Shown piece by piece: positions 27,895-37,906 of a stretch of DNA of 49,252 bases; position 1 is the stretch's first letter; every line of letters starts with the position of its first letter. Below the pieces are notes generated by a model. That model made no database searches. It had not been told where the DNA came from and worked only from the letters and a program-made list of their open reading frames with translations. Location: NCBI GenBank assembly GCA_037140515.1, contig JBAXEI010000005.1, positions 1 through 49,252 on the forward strand, in the 5' to 3' direction. The position numbers and the translations under genes are program-made. The stretch comes from Candidatus Berkelbacteria bacterium. Its GTDB lineage: Bacteria; Patescibacteriota; UBA1384; XYA2-FULL-43-10; 1-14-0-10-43-13.

Positions 27895-28396
27895 AGTAAA
27901 TCTCTCCCAATATCTTGAAGCTTAATTTTTGATTTTCGTTGTTCGCTATAGTTAGTAGCGGAATCGTGTTGAACCGATCTATTTTTTCTATTGATTCTAC
28001 AAAATTAAAAATATCGCTATAACTGCCAGTTCCTTCGAGGCTATATTCTGCTTTGCCTTCAGTCGGTACAGAGAAGCTAAAGCTAGAAATGCTGATGCCA
28101 TTACTCTTGGCCGCACTCTTCAGCTTGACCGAAAATATATCCGTGCTACTCTCTGCCGGCCAAAGATGATCAACATTTGCAACCATGACATCAAGAATAT
28201 TTTTGTTTTTTTCCCATTTCTCTAGCTCTGTCTTCACGCCCTGAAGCTGTGAAATGTTTGAATAGCCATTTTCCAATTTCTTCTGGCTATCGTGAATCCC
28301 TGTGATTGTTGGAGAAACAACAAAAAAGATGAGAGCGCAGTAGGTTAACGCAATGATAGAGAGCAACATGATTAGATTTTTTGTATAATGCTTCAT
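27884..28396 (-). CDS. pilO: Type IV pilus assembly protein PilO-like
   Basis: TM, coiled coil, GSYSDIFNFVESIEKIDR; operon position. Confidence 0.8.
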   Translation of the reverse strand: MKHYTKNLIMLLSIIALTYCALIFFVVSPTITGIHDSQKKLENGYSNISQLQGVKTELEKWEKNKNILDVMVANVDHLWPAESSTDIFSVKLKSAAKSNGISISSFSFSVPTEGKAEYSLEGTGSYSDIFNFVESIEKIDRFNTIPLLTIANNENQKLSFKILGEIYYGE

Positions 28397-28923
28397 TTGT
28401 TACTCAGTGTCACTATGGTTGTAAAAATGTATCGTTCACTTGTGCTTGACTCATCTATTTTGAGGCTCACTTCCTTAACCATCTCATCGGTTTGTAAGGC
28501 CGACTGCATCAAGCTCAGGCTATCTGTCGATTTGGCGACCCCAGAAATCGTCAGCTGATCATTTATGGTATCGGAGCTTATGGATTGTATCTGGATCGAG
28601 TCTGAAACAGCGTGATTGATGACAGCCAGTATCTGACTCTGCGGTGCAGGATTATTTTTGAGACTGACCATTTCTGAAGATTTGGTTTGAACTCTTGTGA
28701 GATCTTTCTGTATCTGGCTGAACTTAGAGATTTCCGTCGTTAGTTTGGTGATCTCGTTGGAAGCGTCATTTACCTTTTTTGTCAAAGTCGTGTTGTAGGT
28801 ATAAAAAAGAATCTCAGCGATTATAATGAAAATAAATATCGCAAATACACCGACAAATATTTCGTTCACGAATAGTACGAAACGTCTCTCCTCTTTATGT
28901 TTTTGTGGCAATAGATTTATCAT
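28393..28923 (-). CDS. pilN: Type IV pilus assembly protein PilN-like
   Basis: MINLLP motif, TM, LTISGVA. Confidence 0.85.
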   Translation of the reverse strand: MINLLPQKHKEERRFVLFVNEIFVGVFAIFIFIIIAEILFYTYNTTLTKKVNDASNEITKLTTEISKFSQIQKDLTRVQTKSSEMVSLKNNPAPQSQILAVINHAVSDSIQIQSISSDTINDQLTISGVAKSTDSLSLMQSALQTDEMVKEVSLKIDESSTSERYIFTTIVTLSNK

Positions 28924-28932
28924 AAGTGTTTT

Positions 28933-29934
28933 TTAAGCTTCGTTTCTGAGGGCGAGACCATAGGCAGTGATGAATTCTGGCCCAATTTTGTAGTTGTTTG
29001 TGAATTTTACGGTTTTAATGATAGTAGGAATCCTAAATTCTTTCTCAAAAATCCGATCAATTTTTGGCAAATATGCGCCTGGGCCAGAAAGAAATATTTT
29101 GCTAATTGGTAGCTTCTCTGACTCTGCTGACCTTGGCTTTGCTAGTATGCAAACTACACTATCAACAATCTTCCGTATAGAATCCATAAACTTCTCCGTC
29201 TCTAGGTTCAGCTTGCTAATTTCTTCATAGCTAAGCATTTGACTGCCAATATTATTTTTATCTAGGATGTCGTTTAGTCCAAGATTTCGAAGATCGTCAA
29301 GTGCGATAAGCTGGCCTTTGTCCCACAGCGCCACAAAAGTATTGCTGTGGTCGATACAGATCGAAATTGTTAGAGCATTTTGTAGGGGATAGCTGAGGCG
29401 AACCCGTCCATTGGCGACCGCTGCTGGCTCGATCGCTATTGGCGTAATATTTAGCAGTCTCGAAAGCTTGATAATCTCCTGAACATTTTCGATACTCGCA
29501 GCCGCCGCCATCACCTCAAAGCCAATGTTTTTGTGCTCGACCGTAAGCTGGGTGTCGATATAGTAATCATCCTCGTTAAGCTTTTTTAATTTTGCAAAAG
29601 CAGAAGATGCAACCGCTTTTATCTCATTTTTTGATACGATCGGTATGGAAACATGGCCAACATCCAATATTTTGTCAGGAAAAGAAATGCTAAATGAAGT
29701 TGCAGAGATCTGACTTGGTTCTGCTTTCAGTCGAGCTTCAGTGATGTGATTCGCAATACCTGCAATATTTTTTAGCTTACCTTGACGAATGATTGGATCA
29801 GAAAACGGCAACTCAATTGCACCGACTAGAGCTACCCCGTTGGCTTCGAAAGATGCCTCGACTAGACGTAGACAGTTCTCTGTAATTTCTAGGCCGAATC
29901 TCTTAACTGATTTTTTTAATATGTTTATTGGCAT
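28933..29934 (-). CDS. pilM: Type IV pilus assembly protein PilM-like (actin fold)
   Basis: FGLEI, IFLSGPGA, AYGLALR. Confidence 0.85.
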   Translation of the reverse strand: MPINILKKSVKRFGLEITENCLRLVEASFEANGVALVGAIELPFSDPIIRQGKLKNIAGIANHITEARLKAEPSQISATSFSISFPDKILDVGHVSIPIVSKNEIKAVASSAFAKLKKLNEDDYYIDTQLTVEHKNIGFEVMAAAASIENVQEIIKLSRLLNITPIAIEPAAVANGRVRLSYPLQNALTISICIDHSNTFVALWDKGQLIALDDLRNLGLNDILDKNNIGSQMLSYEEISKLNLETEKFMDSIRKIVDSVVCILAKPRSAESEKLPISKIFLSGPGAYLPKIDRIFEKEFRIPTIIKTVKFTNNYKIGPEFITAYGLALRNEA

Positions 29935-29935
29935 G

Positions 29936-32077
29936 CTACTTATTTGTGGAGTTTAAGACCTCATCAATAGTCGTCAGTCCAAGGCTTGCTTTCAGAATGC
30001 CGTCTTGGAGCAAGTCCATCGTGTGAGCATAAACTAGGCTTTTTAACTTTGCTCTATCGAGCTTTGCAAAAGCATCCTTTTTTGTGGTTTTCGGAAGTTT
30101 GTATAGCTCAAAGAGTCCCATCAGCCCTTTATATCCAGTATGATGACAGCGAGAGCAGCCTTTGCCATGATAAAATCTTAGGCCATTTTTTCTAAGAATT
30201 TCTTTCTCAACTGATGGCATCTTCTCGATCTCGGCTCTGACCAATTTCTTTTCTTGTTCTGTAAGCTCAATTTCCTCTTTGCAGTGATTACAAAGTTTCT
30301 TTACTAATCTTTGGTTTATAATCAGATTTATCGCGGAAAATACGAGAGTCGGGTCGAGATCATTTGAGAGAAGAAACGAAAGCGCTTCGTCAAGACTCCC
30401 TGACTTCATAGTCGCGACGACCATTCGTCCGTTTGTGCTAGCTTTGAGTAGCTTGCCGGCGATTTTTTTGGTTGTGATCTCGCTTACAGCAAGTACATCA
30501 GGGTCTTGGCGTAAAACGGAATCGATTCCAGTGTTGAAATCATATCCGAGTACATCGTCAATCTCGCTTTGATCGATTCTTTTGATTTTGCACTCAATCG
30601 GGTCTTCAAGGCTGGTAATGTTTATTCCCTCAAAATATGTAGCATCTAGTATCGAGTAAAATGTAGTCGACTTGCCAGAATTTTCTGGTCCAGTGAGCAG
30701 GATCAAGCCGTGAAGTTTTTGACAAGCCGTGGTGGCTGTTTGTAAGTCATTTCCGAGCAAGCCTAGCTCCTCAAGCTTCTTTAGTTCGAGTAGTTTATTG
30801 GTAATTTTGATTACAATTTTTTCACCGTCTGAGATAGGCAGAGTCGAAATATTGAATCTGAGCGTATATCCATTATATTTCTGCTTGAAATAGCCTGTTT
30901 GAGGCAGACTTTTGATATTTGGGTCCATCTGACCGATATTTTTGATCGCCCCAATAATTTCTGTTGCAATATCTTTTGGAAAAACTGTAATGTTTTTTAG
31001 AGCGTGGTCAAGACGGTATATCATCGCAACTTCTGACCCTTGTGGTTCGAAATGGATTTCTGAGGCTTCTTCTCGTATCGCTCTGGTAATTATCATGTTT
31101 ACGAGCCTGATTATAGGTGAGCTAGAGTTAGACAGCGTGAGAAAGGCAGTGGTAGGTGATTGATCCGCTGGAATCTGAATCTCTGGCAACTGCTGATCTT
31201 CAGTCGGCTCAAATTTCTTCAAATATTTTTCAATATCACTAGTAGAACTAAGCTTTGGCAAGATTTTCTTTTTCAGGAACCCCTCGATAAGTTTGATCGT
31301 ATCTTGGTCATCTGGGTGAGTCATGGCGACGACGATATGATCAGGCTCAACGCTTAGTGGCAGTACTCGAAAATTCCGGATTATCTCTTTTGGAAGCAAC
31401 GAAAACGATTCTTCCGGTATTTCAATTCCCTCAAGATCTATATAAGAAATATCTTTTTTACCCGACTGGGTGATCTCGCGAAATAAATTTTCTAAGCTCA
31501 GAGAGCTGTTTTGTATATCTTCACCCTCGATGCGATCCACTGAGTTCGCTTCAACATTTTCAAAATCAAGAATCTCAGTTGGCGCTTGCTCTTGAACAAT
31601 TTGCGTCCGCACAATTTTGATCGGAATTGTGTATTCCTCATCTTCAATTTCTGCCTGTTGCTTCTTCATTTCTTCCTGTACAGAAACTTCGTCATCAGTC
31701 AGCTCTCTGGCTTTGATCTCAGCAATTCCTGCTTTGCGATTTTCCTCTTTGTGCTTCTTGGTCGCGCCAAAAGCAGTCGCACTTTCGACTTCTTGGCTAG
31801 TCTGAACAAGCTCTTTGATATTGCCAGAGGGCATCCACTTCACAGCATCAGTTGGCAGCATGACCATTTGCTTCTTCTTGCCGAGAACAGGGTGATATAT
31901 GACTTTGGAAGGGTAGTGAACAGTATAAAATGTTCCAAAGTTGGAATAAATAACTTTTTCTTTTTTTTGTAGAACTTCGGCAATCGTATCGCCAAAAGAG
32001 ACTATCAGTTTTTCTGCATCGTCTAAGCTCAGCTTTGCCTGCTTTGCAAGCGCTTTTGCCAAATCGTTTCTATTCAT
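29936..32077 (-). CDS. HU/IHF-like domain fused to a GspE/PilB-family ATPase
   Basis: N-terminal MNRNDLAKALA...FGTF...HP; T2SSE_N region; Walker A GPENSGKS; LEDPIE; LRQDPD; CNHC/CSRC zinc motif; RBS GGAG. Confidence 0.88.
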   Translation of the reverse strand: MNRNDLAKALAKQAKLSLDDAEKLIVSFGDTIAEVLQKKEKVIYSNFGTFYTVHYPSKVIYHPVLGKKKQMVMLPTDAVKWMPSGNIKELVQTSQEVESATAFGATKKHKEENRKAGIAEIKARELTDDEVSVQEEMKKQQAEIEDEEYTIPIKIVRTQIVQEQAPTEILDFENVEANSVDRIEGEDIQNSSLSLENLFREITQSGKKDISYIDLEGIEIPEESFSLLPKEIIRNFRVLPLSVEPDHIVVAMTHPDDQDTIKLIEGFLKKKILPKLSSTSDIEKYLKKFEPTEDQQLPEIQIPADQSPTTAFLTLSNSSSPIIRLVNMIITRAIREEASEIHFEPQGSEVAMIYRLDHALKNITVFPKDIATEIIGAIKNIGQMDPNIKSLPQTGYFKQKYNGYTLRFNISTLPISDGEKIVIKITNKLLELKKLEELGLLGNDLQTATTACQKLHGLILLTGPENSGKSTTFYSILDATYFEGINITSLEDPIECKIKRIDQSEIDDVLGYDFNTGIDSVLRQDPDVLAVSEITTKKIAGKLLKASTNGRMVVATMKSGSLDEALSFLLSNDLDPTLVFSAINLIINQRLVKKLCNHCKEEIELTEQEKKLVRAEIEKMPSVEKEILRKNGLRFYHGKGCSRCHHTGYKGLMGLFELYKLPKTTKKDAFAKLDRAKLKSLVYAHTMDLLQDGILKASLGLTTIDEVLNSTNK

Positions 32078-32368
32078 ACCCACTCCTTTTATAAATAAAT
32101 TATAAACTACTGGTTTCGACAAATCAACCGAAAAAAGCGGAAATATAAGCATTTCCTTAAAAATATTTTAAATAATATATTCTCAGTTGTTCACATCCCT
32201 GTGGACTGTCTGGGGATAAGATCAGTCGATTCAGAAAGAGTTGTCTCTGGTACTTATAAAAAGTACTCCACTTTTCGAGCCATGGCTTATCTTCCTGTAA
32301 ACGAATTATAATGGTTAGGCCGAAAGTTTCCTTCTCGGTATTAGCTAAACACAAAGAGTATAAATTTT

Positions 32369-34045
32369 ATGGCTTTTTATCAAAAATATAGAGCAAAGAA
32401 CTTCAGCGAGATGATCGGTCAGGAGCATGTGATCGGGACTATTTTGCAGAGCATCAAGGCGGACAAGCTCGTTCATGCATATTTGCTGACAGGGCCTCGT
32501 GGTATCGGCAAGACTTCGACAGCGAGATTACTTGCGAAGGCGATCAACTGTGAAACCATCGCTGCTGATATGAAGGCCGGCAAAGACACCACTGGCGAGC
32601 CATGCAACACGTGTGACTCATGCTTAGAGATTGCAAGCGGGCGATCTATCGATGTTTTGGAGATCGATGCTGCATCACACACTGGCGTTGAGGATATTCG
32701 TGATCTGATTGAGAAAGCGAGAATGGCGCCGACCAAGAGTGCGAAGAAAGTCTACATCATCGATGAGGTTCATATGCTCTCGAAAAGCGCTTTCAACGCA
32801 TTGCTAAAAACGCTTGAAGAGCCACCAGCCCATGTAGTCTTCATTATGGCGACGACTGAAGTGCACAAGATTCCTGCCACCATCCTCTCTCGAGCTCAGC
32901 GTTTTGATTTCAAGCGTGCTGAGAAGAAGGACGTGATTGCGAACCTAGCCAATATTGTAAAGAGCGAGAAAATTGATATTGACGCTGAGTCGCTTGAGCT
33001 TATTGCCGTCGCGGCAAATGGCGGACATCGAGATGCCGTCGGCCTTTTGGAGCAGGTTTCATCCGTCGAAAACAAGATCACCATAGATATTACCAAGAAA
33101 ATTCTTGGAATCGCTGAGTCGGTCGAAGTTTACAAGTTTGTGGGGGCGATTTTTAATAACTTTCCGGAGGAGGGATTAAAAATCGCCCACGAGCTGTTCG
33201 ACAAGGGCTATGATCTTGGCGAATTCTTGAAAAGCATTATCGAAAAGACAAGACAGGTGATCCTGATGCAAGTTTCAGGAGAAATGTTTATTGAGGATAC
33301 GGCTGAAAATATAAACAAGATCAAGGAGCTCAGCAAATCCGTTTCACAGACAGAGGCTCTTGAGGTCCTAATGATCTTCATTGGTTCGCTGTCGCTCATG
33401 AAGGAGACAAATAATCCTTTGCTACCTATCGAAATAGCCGTTGTAAAGGCCTGCAAGGCCCTAGGTGGCACGATTTCGCCTGAAACCAACAAAGTACCAG
33501 AGGTTAAAGTTGCTCCTGTAGAGAAGCCTGCTAGCGCCCCTGAGAAGATTGTTGAGGTGAAAACTGAGCCGATGATAGCGCAGAAGCCTGTCCCGGAGAT
33601 CAAAAATGAAGAAATATCGATTGATGATATAGTTCTTGACGAAGAGGTTGAAATCGCGCCAGCTAAGGTTACTGAAAAGGCAGCGGTCAAAGCTGCAGAG
33701 GAGACTGATGACGTTCCTGTGCCTGTGCTTGAGATGACCAAGGACATCTGGCAGCAGATTGTCGATACGACCAAGCGTGAGAATTCTACGCTTGCTGCAC
33801 TCCTTCGAGACGCGCGCCCAGCACAGGTGACGAAGAATCGCCTGACTTTAGGAGTTAAGTTCAAATTTCACAAAGATAAGATATCAGAAGCACAAAATAC
33901 GGCAATTTTAGAAAAAATTGTCTGTGATGTGACAGGCTGTACCTATACGATCGGTTGCGAGATTGATAGCGAGAAGAAGCCAGCCCTTTCTACCGCACCA
34001 GCAGGCGATCTCGAAAAAGCAGTAACAGAGGTATTTGAGGTTTAA
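32369..34045 (+). CDS. dnaX: DNA polymerase III gamma/tau
   Basis: YQKYR, GPRGIGKT, EIDAAS, IIDEVHML, LKTLEEPP. Confidence 0.97.
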   Translation: MAFYQKYRAKNFSEMIGQEHVIGTILQSIKADKLVHAYLLTGPRGIGKTSTARLLAKAINCETIAADMKAGKDTTGEPCNTCDSCLEIASGRSIDVLEIDAASHTGVEDIRDLIEKARMAPTKSAKKVYIIDEVHMLSKSAFNALLKTLEEPPAHVVFIMATTEVHKIPATILSRAQRFDFKRAEKKDVIANLANIVKSEKIDIDAESLELIAVAANGGHRDAVGLLEQVSSVENKITIDITKKILGIAESVEVYKFVGAIFNNFPEEGLKIAHELFDKGYDLGEFLKSIIEKTRQVILMQVSGEMFIEDTAENINKIKELSKSVSQTEALEVLMIFIGSLSLMKETNNPLLPIEIAVVKACKALGGTISPETNKVPEVKVAPVEKPASAPEKIVEVKTEPMIAQKPVPEIKNEEISIDDIVLDEEVEIAPAKVTEKAAVKAAEETDDVPVPVLEMTKDIWQQIVDTTKRENSTLAALLRDARPAQVTKNRLTLGVKFKFHKDKISEAQNTAILEKIVCDVTGCTYTIGCEIDSEKKPALSTAPAGDLEKAVTEVFEV

Positions 34046-34049
34046 CACT

Positions 34050-35462
34050 ATGGCACGACAAACAGAAAAATTTAAGAACGATAAACCGGAGAGAGCGCCA
34101 AGCCCTTTCGGTTTGCGGATGCCTCCTCAAAACATAGATGCCGAGAGAAGTATTCTTGGCGCAATTTTGCTGGACAAGGATGCGATCATCAAGATGGCAG
34201 ATATTGTGACTGCAGAGGACTTTTACGACAACCGTCACGGTATGATTTACGCGGCTATAGCCAACTTATTTGAAAAACGTATGCCGATTGATATCGTTAC
34301 ATTATCCGAGATTTTGGAGAGTGCGGGCCAGATCAAAGAGGTTGGCGGCTCAGGCTACTTGGCTGAGCTCGTAAATAGCACCCCGTCAGCTGCCAATATC
34401 GTTTACTACGCCCAAATCGTTCGAGATAAGGCGATTCTTCGCCGTTTGGCTTCGGCCGGTGCAGATATTTCTGAGTGTAGCTACGACGAAGATGGCGAAG
34501 TCTCCGAAACTCTCGATCGAGCCGAGCAGGCACTTTTTGCTGTCTCTCAGAAATCATTGAAAAATAAGTTTGCTCCGATCAAAGATGTGCTCACAGAAGC
34601 TTTTGATCGTATTGATAAGATTCACAAGGATAAGGACAAGGGCGCGATTCGTGGTGTGCCAAGTGGCTTTCGTGATCTTGATACGATGACGGCCGGCTTC
34701 AATAAATCTGACTTGATCATTCTCGCTGCTCGTCCTTCGATGGGTAAGACCTCATTTGCGCTCAATTTGGCAGAGAATGCTGCTATCAATGAGAAGCTGC
34801 CAATTGCTGTTTTCTCCCTCGAGATGAGCAAGGATCAGCTCGTTGATAGACTTCTTGCTTCTCAGGCTGGCGTTGATTCGTGGAAATTTCGTACAGGAAA
34901 CCTGACAGATGAGGATTTTCCGAAGATCGGCTATGCGATGGGTGTGCTCTCAGAAGCGCCGATATTTATTGACGATTCTGCTTCTGGCAATATTATGGAG
35001 ATCAGAGCCAAGGCTAGACGACTTCAGATGGAGCATGGCCTCTCGATGATCATCATCGACTACTTGCAGCTGATGTCTGGCCACTCTCGAAATAGTGAGG
35101 GCAATCGTGTTCAGGAGATCTCAGAAATTTCTCGTGGCCTCAAGGGATTAGCACGTGAGCTTGATGTACCTGTGATTGCGCTTTCCCAGCTCTCTCGTGC
35201 GGTTGAGCACAGGGACGATAAGAGACCTCAGCTCTCTGACCTTCGTGAATCTGGCTCTATCGAGCAAGATGCTGATATTGTAATGTTCCTATATCGAGAT
35301 GAGTACTACCATCCAGACACAGATCGCAAAGGCATTACCGAAGTTCTCATTCGCAAACATAGAAACGGCGCTATCGGCAACGTTGAGCTCTTTTTCAATC
35401 CTGCACAGATGCGCTTCACTGATCTCGACAAAAACCATGTAAAGCACGACAGCGGCGAATAA
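34050..35462 (+). CDS. dnaB: Replicative DNA helicase
   Basis: AARPSMGKT, IIDYLQL, SDLRESGSIEQDAD. Confidence 0.98.
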   Translation: MARQTEKFKNDKPERAPSPFGLRMPPQNIDAERSILGAILLDKDAIIKMADIVTAEDFYDNRHGMIYAAIANLFEKRMPIDIVTLSEILESAGQIKEVGGSGYLAELVNSTPSAANIVYYAQIVRDKAILRRLASAGADISECSYDEDGEVSETLDRAEQALFAVSQKSLKNKFAPIKDVLTEAFDRIDKIHKDKDKGAIRGVPSGFRDLDTMTAGFNKSDLIILAARPSMGKTSFALNLAENAAINEKLPIAVFSLEMSKDQLVDRLLASQAGVDSWKFRTGNLTDEDFPKIGYAMGVLSEAPIFIDDSASGNIMEIRAKARRLQMEHGLSMIIIDYLQLMSGHSRNSEGNRVQEISEISRGLKGLARELDVPVIALSQLSRAVEHRDDKRPQLSDLRESGSIEQDADIVMFLYRDEYYHPDTDRKGITEVLIRKHRNGAIGNVELFFNPAQMRFTDLDKNHVKHDSGE

Positions 35463-35760
35463 CGCCACTAACTGATATTTAATTTGACCTCAAAATCCGT
35501 TCTTCTCCGTTGCATAAACGGGTCTTTTTTGGTATGAATATCGCAGATTATCGGAGGAGGAAAGAGTAGCGGCAGAAGAAAAGGGCGGCACAAGTGTCGC
35601 GAGAACGAAGTCCAGTCGGTCTGATAAGGCCAAAAACAGGCATTCGACTTTCAACCAAATCGAACTTCGCCTAAGAACAGGCGATGGGAAAGTCGACTCC
35701 AAGCTCATTCATGATTCATTCAGAGGTGAGCTGATCAATGAGGAACAAGCGTATCTGCTT

Positions 35761-36357
35761 ATGCGGAGATATGCTGAAAAGATTGAGGTTCACACCATTG
35801 AGGTGTTTACCGACTTGCTGACTGGAGTCGGTACAAGCAAGGTTATGTCGAGAGCGCTTGAGTTGCTATATCGAGATTTTCGGCTCAAGCGGCCGCAAAA
35901 GCCAAATGACCCGACCTGTGCACGGCTCATTTTCTTTGACATGGATGGCCTTAGTTATTTAAACAACAAGTATGGCCATGCAGTCGGTGACCTTGCCCTC
36001 AAGACATTGGCGGAGGGGATCCGAAACTCTCTAAGGGGCGCGGATTTGGTAACCAGAGAGACCAAGGGCGGAGATGAATTTAGAGCACTGATCAAGGCTC
36101 TGTCACCAGATATTCTTGATCTGGCCTATGAACGACTTGAACGGAATGTTCATCAGGGCTTCAAGATGACCTTCAGTTATGTTGATCCCACAGATGGCAT
36201 CACAAAAACCGAAAGCTATCTCGTGACCGCTGGCATCGGGTATGCCGATGTCTCAAGGGAGACAGTGGACACCATTACGGCCAGAGAGCTGACACACTTT
36301 GCAGACATGGCCTGTAATCAAGACAAAGAAGACAGAGGCAAGCGCAGAAAACCATGA
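35761..36357 (+). CDS. GGDEF domain protein (diguanylate cyclase-like); start uncertain
   Basis: TDLLTG, DMDG, NNKYGHAVGD, GGDEF. The frame is open upstream to 35518. Confidence 0.85.
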   Translation: MRRYAEKIEVHTIEVFTDLLTGVGTSKVMSRALELLYRDFRLKRPQKPNDPTCARLIFFDMDGLSYLNNKYGHAVGDLALKTLAEGIRNSLRGADLVTRETKGGDEFRALIKALSPDILDLAYERLERNVHQGFKMTFSYVDPTDGITKTESYLVTAGIGYADVSRETVDTITARELTHFADMACNQDKEDRGKRRKP

Positions 36358-36367
36358 CAATAGTCCG

Positions 36368-36402
36368 ACCGCCCTAGTGTTTCGACACTTCGGCGGTTTT
36401 TT
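36368..36402 (+). terminator. Intrinsic terminator
   Basis: ACCGCC..AGTGT-TTCG-ACACT..GGCGGT followed by a T-run. Confidence 0.7.
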
Positions 36403-36425
36403 ATTATAGATATTGCAGATAAATG

Positions 36426-37184
36426 TTAGTCTTTGGCAAGCTCCCAGAGCATCTCGAAGAGCTGTTTTTCACCATTTGCGAGGGTTGAGCTCTCGATGAC
36501 GGTGGCGAATGGCTCTTTCACAGAGTGAGCAAGGTAGACTATCATATCGCCAAATATCATCATTTCATGTGCTGCGAACTCGTATTTGTCTTGTGGTAAA
36601 AACTTTGTGGTAATACTCTGCTTTGACAGCTCGCGGTTCAGAAAATCACGACATTCCGGTGTGTCTGGGTAGAGAAGCCGAGTTGGAATACCATGCTTGA
36701 CTCTATTCGCGGCAAATTCGTTTAGAAATTCCTCATATTCTTTTTCCATAATCAAACTCGCATAGACCTTGAGCTCAGTTCCTCTCGGTTGAAGCAAGAC
36801 AAGATTGCAGGCCTCTTTTACCCCTTCAACGCCAGAATACTGGCGTATATTTGGCTTCTCGGTCGATTTGCTCGCTATAGCTTCGAGTTCAGTGGCAACT
36901 TGCAGAGCACGCTTGTGTCTGCGCTCCTCATATTGCATCAGCTGCTTCGTGGAAGCGACGGTGTAGAGCACACGTTTGCCGTCATTTGTGCTCGAAGCAA
37001 GGCCACGCCACATTAGCTCTTCGAGGAGAACATAGCAGGTTGGCCGCTTCACACCGCTCTTTTTGCTTATATCCCAAATCGAAGAAGCCCCTAGCTCCAG
37101 GTTGGCTAGGTAGACAGCTGCTTGGTTTTCGGAGAGCCCCATACTCTCCAAAGCCCTCAAGATTTCATCGTTTTGTGTAGTCAT
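36426..37184 (-). CDS. TrmB-family transcriptional regulator (module 1)
   Basis: MGLSENQAAVYLANLELG...ISKKSGVKRPTCY winged HTH; C-terminal effector-like domain. Confidence 0.88.
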   Translation of the reverse strand: MTTQNDEILRALESMGLSENQAAVYLANLELGASSIWDISKKSGVKRPTCYVLLEELMWRGLASSTNDGKRVLYTVASTKQLMQYEERRHKRALQVATELEAIASKSTEKPNIRQYSGVEGVKEACNLVLLQPRGTELKVYASLIMEKEYEEFLNEFAANRVKHGIPTRLLYPDTPECRDFLNRELSKQSITTKFLPQDKYEFAAHEMMIFGDMIVYLAHSVKEPFATVIESSTLANGEKQLFEMLWELAKD

Positions 37185-37286
37185 AATTATTGACAGTAAT
37201 ATATCGCACATTTAGATAATTGTCAAATCTGAGATCAAAAATGCAAAGAAACGCACAAAATTTACGTAAAAACATTGTCATAATTG

Positions 37287-37315
37287 TTGACGTTTTGGTC
37301 GCGACGTGTTAGAAT
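37287..37315 (+). promoter_or_regulatory. sigma70 promoter of module 1 cargo operon
   Basis: TTGACG-17 nt-TAGAAT with extended TG. Confidence 0.75.
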
Positions 37316-37321
37316 ATGCTT

Positions 37322-37402
37322 GTCACAGTGAGAGACCGATAAGGCGACTTACAGTGAAGACGAGGTGCAGATGCAAAATGGCATCGACCTCAGGAGAAAG
37401 AA
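37322..37402 (+). promoter_or_regulatory. Conserved structured 5' leader (copy A)
   Basis: Highly similar to 39796-39876; its 3' hairpin recurs at 37866 and 38498. Confidence 0.75.
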
Positions 37403-37777
37403 ATGGCAAAGATAGAGACAATCAAAATACAGGGAAAAAAACCAGAAGTATACAAGAATATCGTTTCCATCGTTGATACTGAGTATGACTTTTGGCAAAT
37501 TATCCCAACAAAAGAAATCGACGACCTCGATTTGTGCGCAATAGTGCGTCTCATGCCCGCTGGAAGTGATAGGAAGGGCAAGCTCGACGTGATTAGATTG
37601 GATGCGGCTAAGGAACTGGCTAGGCGCTTAGGACACGAATTAGTCTTGTCCGAAACCTATGCTACAGAAGAAGAGCGTAGCGCAAATTACCGAGCACTGG
37701 GATCGAGAGAGACTCTCGAGTGGTCAGACTTCAGGCATGGTACGCCTTGGTATAGGAACGCAAATTTTGCTCGATAA
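37403..37777 (+). CDS. Hypothetical protein
   Basis: RBS AGGAG; 124 aa. Confidence 0.8.
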   Translation: MAKIETIKIQGKKPEVYKNIVSIVDTEYDFWQIIPTKEIDDLDLCAIVRLMPAGSDRKGKLDVIRLDAAKELARRLGHELVLSETYATEEERSANYRALGSRETLEWSDFRHGTPWYRNANFAR

Positions 37778-37810
37778 TGAGCATTCACCCTCGCACCCTA
37801 AAAAGTGCGA

Positions 37811-37855
37811 GGCAACCTCGAGTCATTAATTACAAATTGATGACTAGAGCGTTGA
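37811..37855 (+). repeat. Intergenic hairpin repeat (copy 1)
   Basis: GGCAACCTCGAGTCATTAATTACAAATTGATGACTAGAGCGTTGA. Confidence 0.85.
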
Positions 37856-37906
37856 AAAACGCAATGAGGTGCAGGTACAGAATGGTACCGGCCTCAGGAG
37901 AAAGAA

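Noticed and set aside
7215-35462. Inteins or introns in dnaE, dnaX or dnaB
   Set aside because: Lengths and motif spacing are normal, with no intein splice motifs seen.
37329-37394. Glycine riboswitch resemblance (GAGAGACC...GAAG...CTCAGG)
   Set aside because: The CCGAAG/P3 core is missing, CTCAGG is not kept in the 39796 copy, and two copies have only the 3' hairpin. An Rfam scan would settle it.
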